NCBI GenBank assembly: GCA_964016885.1 | Contig: OZ024742.1 | Span: 259,284,001 to 259,348,000, forward strand | Direction of reading: 5' to 3' | From: Eledone cirrhosa | Taxonomy: Eukaryota | Length of the DNA: 64,000 bases | Shown here: positions 41,897-54,905 of the stretch, piece after piece | Layout: the number at the start of each line of letters is the position of its first letter | How positions within the stretch are numbered: position 1 is the first letter of the stretch | Notes under the pieces: model-generated | What the model saw: the letters and a program-made list of their open reading frames with translations, nothing else | Told to the model about the DNA's origin: nothing | The model's database searches: none | Program-made: the position numbers and the translations under genes

Positions 41897-42550
41897 TCCC
41901 CTCCCTCTCTAAATCTATCAACTTTTCCATGTGTGTTTGTGCATATATATATATATATTTGAAATTTATGAGAAAGTTAGAAGCTTCAACGAAGTCTTTT
42001 TTTTATAGAAAATAGTCTAAATAATAGCACATATAAGACCCCTTAAGAGAAGAAACTTGAGATATGTTCTAATGTCCATTTTATATGCAAATTCCCCTTA
42101 TCATTTCTAAACATACATTCGTTTATATAAATGTATATATTAGCAGGAATAATACATACGAATCAAGAAAAACAGAAAACACGAACAGAGTTTTCCGTTA
42201 TAGCTACCCCAAAATGGCTAACAATGTTTCAATGCAAAAAATGTTTCAATTGGAATTTGATTAAGATTTAAAACATCTGAGAAGACGTTCGCCACCATAA
42301 AAGTGGTAAATATCCCATGAATTACGTTAGAGCAAGTGACATCTAATTGAAAATGTATTGCAAGTATGAAAAGCGGTGCTCTATGAGATTCAGAGAATGT
42401 TCCCAGTCACGCACGCAGTTTCACGCACATACATAATATAATCATACAATAATATGTATGTGTATTTGTGTGTGTATATGTGTGTGTGTGCACGCGTGCG
42501 CGTGTGTTTATGGTTTACTGCTTCATTTTAACCCGTACTCTTCAACAGTA

Positions 42551-43369
42551 TTCTTCTTCTTCTTAAGAGAGTCGTGAGGGCAGAGTTTTCACACACTCGT
42601 TCCAGCGGGTGCTCTCAGAATCAACCATCCCCAACTGATCCGACTTGATCCCCCAAGCGTGACCAGCCAAGCTCATGGATGTTATCCAACCGTCTTCCCC
42701 GGGGCCTACACCTGGGTCTCCTGCCGGTTGGTTTTGCCCGTAAAATCTGTCTTACGATTCAAACCACATGCCCATAGTATCGAAGCTGTGATCTTTCAAT
42801 TCGGAGAAGTAGCGGCAATATCTTGAGTGACTCTATCATCTCCAAGCGCAGCACTCTATCGTGTAACGTCAGTCCACAGACCCTTTGGAGGAAACCCGTG
42901 TCGTCTGCTTGTATTTACGGTTGTATCCTTTCTGTCATTACCCAAGATAAGGATTGGCACGAATACTGAATTCAAGATAGCGAGTTTGGCTTTTACACCT
43001 CCATCCCTTTTTCTGATTACTCAATGCTGAAGCTGGCGCATTCATGGACTTAATTTTGCCTCCTGACTTCCATCACTTGTGAACACTGCGCCGCGACACT
43101 TCTCTACCTGCTTCAATGGAACTCCATTTACATGTAGAGTGCACAGCGCAGGCTTGCTTGAGAGGAAGACCGTCTCAGTTTTAGCAGCACTGATTTTCAT
43201 TTCAGCCATACAGCACTCGGCATCAAACCTATCGAGTGCAAGTCAAAGATCATATTCTGTCGAGTTTAGTAACATCATATCGTCTGCAAAATCTAGCCGA
43301 CTGATTTTACACCCGCTAATCATGATAGTATTTACAACCCACCTATGCATGACAATCCTGTTCATGTAA
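42551..43369 (-). mobile_element. RTE-clade LINE 3' fragment including the RT FADD motif
   Basis: Minus strand reads RLDFADDMMLL near 43270-43300; downstream sequence is homologous to 4840-5330; (GAA)n tail at 42551. Confidence 0.85.
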
Positions 43370-43553
43370 ATAATTGTTTCTACTTTTGGCACAAGGCCAG
43401 CAATTATTTACATTACTGGTACTTTATTTTATCGACCCCGTAAGGATGAAAGGCAAAGTTAACCTCGGCGGGATTTGAACTCAGACCATAAAGGGACGTA
43501 ACTATGCTGGAAAGCATGTCCGACGCTCTACCAATACTGCCAATTCACCGCCC
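43370..43553 (-). mobile_element. tRNA-derived SINE
   Basis: Reverse complement of the family consensus. Confidence 0.9.
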
Positions 43554-43754
43554 TCATGTAAATAATGATTTCTAGTACCTGTTCATGTAAACAACAAACA
43601 GGAGAGGCGAGACTACGTACACATGAATGAAAACATACATACATGCATACATGCATACATACATCAATGCATACATATAGACATACATACATGCATACAT
43701 ACATACATACATACATACATACATACATACATACATACATACATACATACACAC

Positions 43755-44142
43755 ATGGTGGCTGCCAACTCGTTTTCGAGTACGGCCACTACTTTATATC
43801 CATGTAGGAGAACTCTTACCAATGCGCTGAACGAGTGTGACTTTTTAGTCCAGCCTGCGACATGAAAACTCTGGTACAAACACTACACTTGTGACAATTA
43901 TTGACACATAATGCTGGGCCCATGGTACCATGTGACGACAAGTGCAGAGAGATCTCCAGATATAAAGCAATGCTTGTGCCGTGAAGTTTTTATAGTGAGC
44001 AAAGGCACTGCACAAAGCCAGTCCCACTCTCTTAACCAAGATGATATTTACCAAAAAGAAGAACAAGTCAACATCATTGGATACCATTAGGGTTGCAGGT
44101 GTTATATCAGAGTTTTCCTTCTCCTAGAATTCTGCCTTGACA
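43755..44142 (-). mobile_element. Non-autonomous bipartite RTE-derived element, 5'-truncated copy 3, in (CATA)n
   Basis: Reverse complement of the 3' ~390 bp of 36648-37257. Confidence 0.85.
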
Positions 44143-44154
44143 TACATACATACA

Positions 44155-44188
<34 letters not shown>

Positions 44189-44559
44189 CATACATACATA
44201 CATACATACATACATACATACATACATACATACATGTGTATGTGTCTGACCTCCGTCAATTTCGATGAGGAATGTTCCTTATTCGAATAACGGAACAGTG
44301 TGCACCTGAAATTATTCTTCAAGTGACTGAGCTTTCTAATGACAAGTGTACATTTAACGGAATTCTCAGTGAGAGTCAAAGAAAGGAAAGTTATTTTTGC
44401 CATCTATATGGTCTTACTGAAGGATACAACACCCCTCCGGGAATCAAACGAGGGATTTTACGATTTCGAACCGAACACTCCAACCGCTAATCCACATGCC
44501 TTCATACATAGACAAATACGTACATACATAAATAAATACATGCATTCATCCATACTTAC

Positions 44560-44592
<33 letters not shown>

Positions 44593-45785
44593 AGCATGCG
44601 TGCATATACACAAACATTTATACAAACATACATGTATACATACATGGGAAATTATTGTTTCATATGTAAGTAATAAGCGAGTGGTTCGAAACATTTTCTT
44701 AGTTTTCGGAGTAAATCGGAGTGACTCTACACTTCCTCTAAGATACTAACTAGAGCAGAAACATTTCCGGCTCTACTTTCATTTCCTTTTCGTTCTTGAA
44801 GAGCTGAAAAAAAATATCAGTAATCGAATAATTTGTTCTTTCTCACTCTATTAATTCATGTATTCTACACTGGATTTCCAATGAACCATTCACTAAATAT
44901 ACTGATATATTTTCTTACAAATGTTTATGAAAATAAAAGTGTAATTCACAGTTCACACCTATGTATGTTTAGTTGGTTTCCTACACGGGCTTATATCATA
45001 AGCAGTTTCTTGTGTGTTATGACAGAGCTCACCGTATCTCACAGGCTGTATTTCATATGATTTTTCGGTATTTTAATAATAAGAACCTTATGTTATTACA
45101 GCTCACACCTATGTAGGCTTAACTGGCCTATCATTAGGCTGCATCTCACAGCATGTTTCAATTACAGAAGCCACAGACATCATGGAAAGACACGTGAACT
45201 AAAAAGTCTTGCTCAAGAGCAATGGGCCACCACAATACGAACCCAATGTTCGTGAGACCCACACCCTAACCACAAGACCAGAAATATTTATGACCAAAGA
45301 ACGTAGCAATCTATGTGTCTGGCATTAGCAAATATGTCAACTTCTATTGATATCATAGCGAAGGCGTATAGCTTATTGAGTAGAGCGTTGGAGTCACCTG
45401 TGTTAGTGAGCAAGATACTTTCTCATCACCTCCCTCCACATTGTTGGTGTGGAGAGGGGAAACTGGCATTCATGAGCGACTCCTGGTCTTCTACCAAAAA
45501 AAAAAAGCCTTGCCCTGGCTCGTGCCTCGGAAGGGAACCGAAGTAAAAAAACCCTTAAAACCGTCGATCAAAGACGAATTGAACCATTCACATCAATGAG
45601 CCATTTATTGGAGAATGAAAGGTTGATCATTGACAATATTTGAACTGACAACTTTCATGTACCTAACTTCCGGCAAACACCAACACCATTTACTATACCA
45701 TAATGACCCGCTGTAAAAGACAGCCACAATTTTACACCCCGCACGGTGGATTAATCAATTGTAGTCTCACAATCGATTGACAAGC

Positions 45786-46002
45786 TTGGCTGTCGTGTCT
45801 TTACGACACGCCATTGTGTCATTATGATCTGGCTATTGTGTCATCAGCTCTGGTCATCATATCATTAGACCTGGCCATGGTGTCATTTACGTTGGTCATC
45901 GTGTCATTAACTCTGGCTATAGTGCCATTATCACAGGCCATCGTGTCATTAGCCGAGGCCATAGAGTCATTACATCTGGCCATCTTATCATTAACTCTGG
46001 TC
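45786..46002 (+). repeat. 21-bp minisatellite, about 10 units
   Basis: Consensus approximately CTGGCCATCGTGTCATTAACT. Confidence 0.85.
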
Positions 46003-46044
46003 ATATATGCCCCCACAATAATTGCGAACCTCTATGTGTGTGTG

Positions 46045-46177
<133 letters not shown>

Positions 46178-46989
46178 CAATTTTTATCATTGCAACAGAG
46201 ATAGATAGATTTCATCATTCGGACAACCACATGTACCATTTCCAATTGAACTATACAACCAATACAGCTATTCTACGATGACATACCTTAATATTCCATC
46301 TCTTTTCTATTGTTCTATTCACAAGATTAACAACAGAAACCATTCACAGACAATTCAGTGTTCACCTCAATCAAAGAATCTCTATGTGGCAGCAGGTGAT
46401 GCTAAAAATAGCGGTGAAATCTCTATAGAAATCTCTATCACTTTAAAAAAGACATCGTTAGTCATATAATATATCTTATTACATTATATGAGTGCTGGAT
46501 TGGGATTTTATATCCACAATGATTATTTGCGATACACTTGTCCATAAACAGTGAAGGGTGGACGTGCGTGACTAAGAAGTTGGGGTGTTAGGTTCAAGAT
46601 CATAAGATTGTGGATTCAATTCCCGACGACAGCATGTTGTGTCCTTGAGGAAGAGACTTCATTTCGCGTTTCTCTAATCAGCACGGTTAACAACTAGCTG
46701 TACCATTACTTTAAATGGCCATCCTTATCACCCAATGCATCTCGCTGAATCTCCCTGAAACCTACTTTAAGGATACACATCTCTGTGTAATACTCTGTGG
46801 AATACATTTAAGCATTAAATTCAGGAGCAATTTGTTTCGTTGATTAAACAAGTGAACACATATTTCATCCAAAAGAGAAAACCTCACTCCATGTTCTTTA
46901 CGAACGGATCTCTTCCTACAATTCCCTAAATATTGATTTGTCTTTGCTTCGAAACCAATTTTAGCTAATCAATGCAGAATTAGATTAGT

Positions 46990-47510
46990 CTTTTGCCAGG
47001 TGTTGCGACTGGTAGATAATAACAGCAGTGAAAATAACAATGAAAACCTTGTTTCCTTGGTCCTATGTGATGGTTGGTTTCGTCCTTCTACCACTAATTA
47101 TGACCGACAGATATTATCAGCGATAAAATACAGTTACTTTCTTCTGCTAGATGTCGTGAAGGGCAAATAGTATCAGCAATAAAATTACCATCGCAAGCAT
47201 TGTCTACTTCGTCCGATCTGACCACTAGTTCCTTTATTCTGCCAGATAATGTGAGCCGCAGATAGTATCAGCAATAGAAACACTGTTTGTAAATCCGTTT
47301 TGCCGATTAGTTCCCCTCATTGGCTAGGAGTTGAGCTCCAGATAGTATCAGTAATACAAATACTAATGGAAAAATAGTTTACTTTGTTCAATCTGGTGAT
47401 CAGCTCATTTCTTCTGCCAGGAATTGCAATTGTCAGAGAGTAACAGCAATGGAAAAACCAATGGAAACATTGTTTCCTTGATCCAATCTAATTATCAACT
47501 TTCATTTCTT
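46990..47510 (+). repeat. Degenerate ~95-bp tandem repeat, about 6 units
   Basis: CAGATAGTATCAGCAAT-like anchor at ~47013, 47108, 47164, 47259, 47339 and 47434. Confidence 0.75.
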
Positions 47511-48932
47511 TCGATTATGTCTTACCCCATCACCGCATAATACTTCTTTAGTTCCAATTGCAGTTTCACACCATATAAGTAAACGTCATAAGTAAACGTC
47601 TATATGTATTTACATGCATCTCCGGAGCTGGATATGCACTTGTTCAACAGAGGAAAATCGTTTGTTTTCAATCATATATAAAAGTGCCACTTGCATTGTA
47701 CATGACTATATAGTCGTTTGTTTGTGTGTTGTTGTTAAAGCTTACACCTGTTTGGCCATAGCTGTCCACCAGTGAACCAATATTTCAGAATCGTTAGAGC
47801 GTCGAACAAATTGTCCGAGTTATTTTGCTGTGGTTTTTTAAAGCTTTCTTTCTCACTGTGGTCGATAAAAACACAGGAGTTCGATTTCATCAATTTTCTA
47901 CACACACTCAACTCTCTACGAAACTGCTGGCCTTGTGTATAAATTAGAAAGAATTACTTAACATATTCTAATACATTTTTTATATGCTGAAATGTATTTA
48001 AGATAGAAGTTTGGTTTATCATCCAGATTTACAGGAAGAATATAATAAAAGTCGAATGTTCTCCAGCCCACCCACCACATAACGGATGAACAAATTAGAG
48101 ATGTTGAAATAAATAATTCATTTCCCCGTGATATATGGCTATTTTGTTAGCGTAAATCATACAGCTGGGAATAAAGGCATTTGACGGTATCAATAATTGA
48201 CAGACTCTGGACTCTATCGTTAGTTACAAAATAATTCAGGTGAGAATACTAACAAACAACTATTATAATATTTTCCAGGAAGAAAGTTAAAAGCAAATAG
48301 CACTAACTTATGTATCACCACTGGGAGATCTCTCCTAAGATAAAAGTAGCATGGTGGATTGGATCTCCGTCAGTTTTGTTAATGAATTTGCAGATTTGTG
48401 ATCAATGGAACTACCTACTCAAGATATCAACGTGTAAATGGTTAAGCATTCCATAGATATGTGAGCACATAACATAGTTCTCAAGGCAATTCAACGAGAC
48501 AGAGTGCGTGACAAGGCTAACCCTTTCAATTAACTATAGTCCACGCGATGGGCTCCCCATCACTTTTCATCTACCCAACTTCACTCACCTAGGATATGTT
48601 AAATGACACATGCCCAAGGTGTAATGCAGTGGGATCCAATTATGGACCTAAAGATTGAGAAGCAAAGTCCTTAACCATTTGGTCATGCTACATCGACCTA
48701 TAAAAACACGTACTCATACAGGAATAATTTGGCACAGTCATACTGCAATAATTGATTATGTATTTCAACCCTAAACATTCTAATTTTAGCTCAAGCAACA
48801 TACTTATGATGAAAGGAACCTACAGGTTCAGATGTTTAGTACTCTAGACCTCTTCATCGTATAACAAGACATGTCAAGTTACTCTACGTGCTTTCAGTTA
48901 ACTAAAGTAATATATATATATATACATACACA

Positions 48933-50060
<1,128 letters not shown>

Positions 50061-50064
<4 letters not shown>

Positions 50065-50290
50065 TAAACGGAATACAAAATGCTGACCAAATTGTTCACA
50101 GTTGAAAAATGGTTTAATTAGGAATAAAAGAGTATTAGTAATTGTATGGGTTAGTATTCAGTTGTGGTTTTAAGTTTTTAAGTTTTTACCGGTTGCGCAT
50201 TTCTAAATGCTTTTCAAAAATAATTTTGAGATAGAGTGTCCGTGTTGTTTGCTCTGATCAGGGATCAGAGCAAACAACACGGACACTCTA
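50061..50290. mobile_element. Fold-back element family A, second copy
   Basis: Full unit (50061-50259) highly similar to the reverse complement of 163-360, followed by an inverted 28-bp copy of its end and (TA)n. Confidence 0.8.
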
Positions 50291-50350
50291 TATATATATA
50301 TATACATGTATATATTATAGTTATATGTTATATATATATATATATATATA

Positions 50351-51330
50351 TACAAATAAAATATAGAGTTATTCATATAGATACTCTGCAATTAACAAGC
50401 TCAAAGTATAAATACTGAGCATTATAATATTAATATGTGTAAACACAGTAAATCCCGTGTCTAAAATTACGAGGGTAGATTACACCACAAATGTTATATA
50501 TCATTCACCCTGAATCATATGGGATGATACAAGATTTCTTACAAGATTTCTCATACATACCATATCAATAACCATTTCATCTGCCGGACAGACTAAAGAT
50601 TTAATCTGTTTCGCCCTGAATGAATCGTGTTTGTAACAAGTAATCCGTAGGCATTTCGTCAGCGAGAGATAAGATTAAATGTTACACAACACCTATAACG
50701 ATAAACTCACTAAAGTTTACACCTCGTGCGTTGAAAATCATATGCGGTGCGAGTGGTTATGCTAGAAATAATAGCCTATTTACACTCATTTTTTTAAGCT
50801 CAACAGATAAGGAGCCGAAATACAAATAAAATATAGAGTTATTGACACATATTATTATTATAATGCTAAGTATTTATACGTTGAGCTTGTTAATTGCAGG
50901 GTATCTATATGAGTTAATAACTCTATATTTTATTTGTATTACGGCTCCTTATCTGTTGAGATTATAAAAATGAGTGTAAACATTATTTCTAGCATAACCA
51001 CTCGCACCCCATATGACTTTCAACGCACGAGGTGTAAACTTTAGTGAGTTTATCGTTATAGGTGTTGTGTAACATTTAATCTCATCTCTCGCTGACGAAA
51101 TGCCTACGGATTACTTGTTACAAACACGATTTATTCAGGGCGAAACAGGTTAAATCTTTAGTCTGTCCGGGAGATGAAATGGTTATTGATATGGTATGTA
51201 TGAGAAATCTTGTAAGAAATCTTGTAACATCCCATATGATTCAGGTTGAATGATATATAACATTTGTGGTGTAATCTACCCTCGTAATTTTAGACACGAG
51301 ATTTACTGTGTTTACTTCTACACATATTAA
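50351..51330. mobile_element. Head-to-head pair of ~470-475-nt circularly permuted monomers, each with a hammerhead (retrozyme-like)
   Basis: ~400-bp inverted repeat (50440-50843 vs 50915-51315). TACAAATAAAATATAGAGTTATT at 50351 and 50821; ACACATATTA at 50845 and 51320. Confidence 0.8.
51083..51176 (+). ncRNA. Type I hammerhead ribozyme candidate with full stem III; mirror copy at 50578-50671 (-)
   Basis: Stem I CATCTCTCG/CGGGAGATG, CTGACGA, stem II GCCT/GGGC after a 3-nt AAT insert, GAAA, stem III CAGGTTAAA/TTTAGTCTG, GUC site. Confidence 0.75.
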
Positions 51331-53907
51331 TATATATACATATATATGTTACATTTATATGTTATATATATATACATATATATTACATTTATATGTTATA
51401 TATATATACATATATATTACATTTATATGTTATATATGTATATATGTTATAGGCTGCCGGTGTGTATATATACATATACAGACCGGCAGCATCAGTTGAG
51501 ACCCCTTTTGTATTTGTTTTATTAAACTGAAAAGAATTATAGGCTGGCTATGTTGAATTATGCAATATTTCGCCAGTTCCTAAATTAACTATTGTAAATC
51601 ATTTGATACCTTTTTACACTGTCTCAGTTATATTTACTGTCGCCCAATTATTTCTAATTAGAGTTTCTAGAAAACCCACTTGCTGAAAGGCAAAAGTGAA
51701 GAGAAAAACAATGAGTTGAAATAGACTTTTGTTTATTATCTCATTAATTCCATTGTGCTAATTACAATGTCAATTAAGCAAGCGGTTGATAGGCTGTTTG
51801 ATTTTTTTTTCGTTTTTTTTTTGTTTTGGGGGGGTTTTTTTGTTCTTATGTACAACACCTCCTTGTACCTTTCGGTAATAAGTCAATGTTGACCAAGTAA
51901 TTGAAGTGATCGACTAAAGATTGAATGGTTATTATCATCATTATATTTTTTTTTTTTCGCGAACTATACTACATATTAACTGACCGTAAAACAAGGAAAT
52001 ATTATGTTTCATATACCTTAGTCAAACTTCTTTGCAAAATGTGTTTTCATCCGTTCTGTGTTACCAAATGGACAATGGATTCAGGAGTTATGAGTTTTCT
52101 TTGGGCGTATTTAGTGGAGATGAACCTATTGCAAGCATTTAGCCCGGCTCTACGTTTTGATGCCGAATCAGAGTGACAAAATTTCTGACAATACTGCGCC
52201 TTTGAATTACAGACTGTGTCCGTCGTACGAGTTTCCGGGCATTTTCCTTCCATCAAACCTCTTTCACTCACAAGGCGTAGGTCGACCCATGGTTACTGTA
52301 AATGAAAGTAGGTTCGACTCCAGACGTAATGTTTGCGAATCAAACTTTGTAACCATTCTGCCTGCTGTGTCCTATTATGTACACTAGATTTATCTAATAA
52401 CAATTCATCATTTCGTATATCGCCTTCATATTGGATTGCTATAATATAGTCTTTGATATCATTACTTCTACTAAAGATAATTCAAATCGAGGAAACTACT
52501 TCATTTTCTCAAGCTCTGTATTAACATACAATTAATTTAGGGATTCCATGCAGAATAATTATTTCTTATTCATTATTTTCTGTGTTACGAGTAACTTTCC
52601 TTTTATGTCAGTATAAGACAAAATACACAAGCGAGGAGAGTGTGTTTTCTACGTATTAATTATATTGGCCTGGATAGTTCTTGTCTGAACTAGCAGGATG
52701 TGATTTTCTAAAATAGAATTATATACACTATATAAACCAGTTTAGATGTATGTGTGCTGAGCCTCCATCTGTTTCAGCGATGAGGAAATCAGTTTCTTGT
52801 TAACAACAGTGCATGAAATTAACCTGCAAGTGGCTAAATATTCCACAGAAAACAGTACACTTATCGCGCTTCTCGGAAGGAAGGCAGCCTGACCCAATTT
52901 TTGATACGGCTGAATCTTTGAATTACAAGTACAACCCATTTTTTCTAGCAACGTGGACTGGAGTAATGTTAAATATAATGTCCTCCTCAGGAGCACAAGG
53001 TACCACATGCTAATCGAAATATCGACCTAAAGATCGTGACTCTAACATTCTAAGAACGCAAACGTCTTCACAGATTTCCTAATTAAGAGAGAGAGAGAGA
53101 GAGAAAGAGAGGAAGTGATAAAGAGATATAGAAGAAACGATCCCTTGCTGGACTGGTAAGCAGTTTATCGAACTCGAAATGGTGGAAGACAAACTTGAGA
53201 AGACGTTGATGAGATTTGACAAATACCGCGAAGCATTCTATCCGATGTTCTTACGACTCCACCACTCCTCCCCTATATGAAACTATTTTGGAATTCACTT
53301 CCTTTGGTTTCGACATTGAGTCTTCTATTTGTTCGATTAATACAATAGTCTATTCATGAAATTAACATGTGAGTGGTGACGTCTGTCATTAACATGATTC
53401 TGGGGGAAATTCAGCGCTGCACAGTGTGGAACAGGGCTAACTCTGATACAGTTCATTTTACCGGCCTCAAAAGATTTTCCATCTACTTAATTTCTATCAG
53501 AAGGCTTGGGTTGACAAAGGCTATGGTACATGACACTTGACTTATATGTCACACAGCAGGATCGAACCAGGGAAGGATCAAATGAATGCAAGATGAACTT
53601 CTTAACCATTCGACCATGCTGGGTGCACTTTGAAAGTATCTAAGCGGACATATAACTTCTGGCTGACATTAATCTTCACATTATACTCAACCAATATCCA
53701 GTGAATGGTTTGAATTATTTACTTAATATAACTTCTTAATACTCACCTGATATATATTGCTTTTAGTTATCTATGTCTTTTAGGAGGTCATAAATCATTA
53801 GATAATCACTGAATAATAACAACAGGATATCGATTTTTCAAAAATTCTTTTTTATAATTCTTTGTTGTTTTTCTGTTGTTGTTTTCAAAGTCATTTTCCC
53901 GGAAGAG

Positions 53908-53949
<42 letters not shown>

Positions 53950-54905
53950 GTGTTTGAGTATTCCCATGTAGTCTTGGCGTCTTGAATTAATGACTTCTTG
54001 TAGAGTTGTCGATCAGGTTTCAGGTTATTCTCTGGTTATTTATTCATGGGCATCATTGTCTACAATGTGTTGATATCAATATATATATATATATATATAT
54101 ATTCACACACACACATATATATATATATATTATATATACATATATAAAAGCTTCCCAAATTTTCCCTTTTAAGATGATGATCTGATATACGTTATATATA
54201 TGTGTATGAGTATGTATATAAACATGTGCCTGTATATGTAAGCGATGTATATTCTGTGATTGTAACCACTTACATGTGAGCGTGTATGTGTGTGTGTTTT
54301 TCAACACGTGCCTGTGTGTGTATATGCTTCCATATATTGCTAGTTCAGCATTTCCTGAGTTCGTGTCAGCCAATGTACTTCAAACACATTGAATACAATA
54401 TTTCTTTGTTGGAGCTTTGAATAAGACATGTCATTTGAATTTTATTAACTTCATTTCACATCAATAATATATTGATATGATTTCTCTTTTAGAAAATATA
54501 ACTAGTGAATCGTTTTCTGTTCTACTATACAAATGAGCGACGCCATTATTCCAAGCAAGATACATTAAACAGATTACTAGATAAATTTAAATGTAGAAGA
54601 GAAAACAAGTAGAATAGTTCAATGAATTATTTCATTATAAAAGTCAGTACTACCAGTTTGCGACAAGGCATCTTGAAGCTTGTTTTAAAAAAAAAAACTA
54701 AAAAGATTAGAAGACAATATATTGTCATGGATCAACTCACCATAAGCAAGGTTTTTTCCAGTACCTGGAGGTTACAAACAAATTCAACAACAGAAACATT
54801 TAGCTGATTTGTCCTTTTTCACCCTTTTTTTATTTTTACTTTTTGCCTCCTTTTATTCTATCTCTGTTTTCTTTTTTCTCTTTGTGACTCTGTTTATCTT
54901 TTTAG

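Noticed and set aside
48003-48239. Exon-like segment ending CAG|GTGAGA; also a minus-strand candidate at ~53747-53809
   Set aside because: Weak acceptors, stops in all frames and no recognisable protein.
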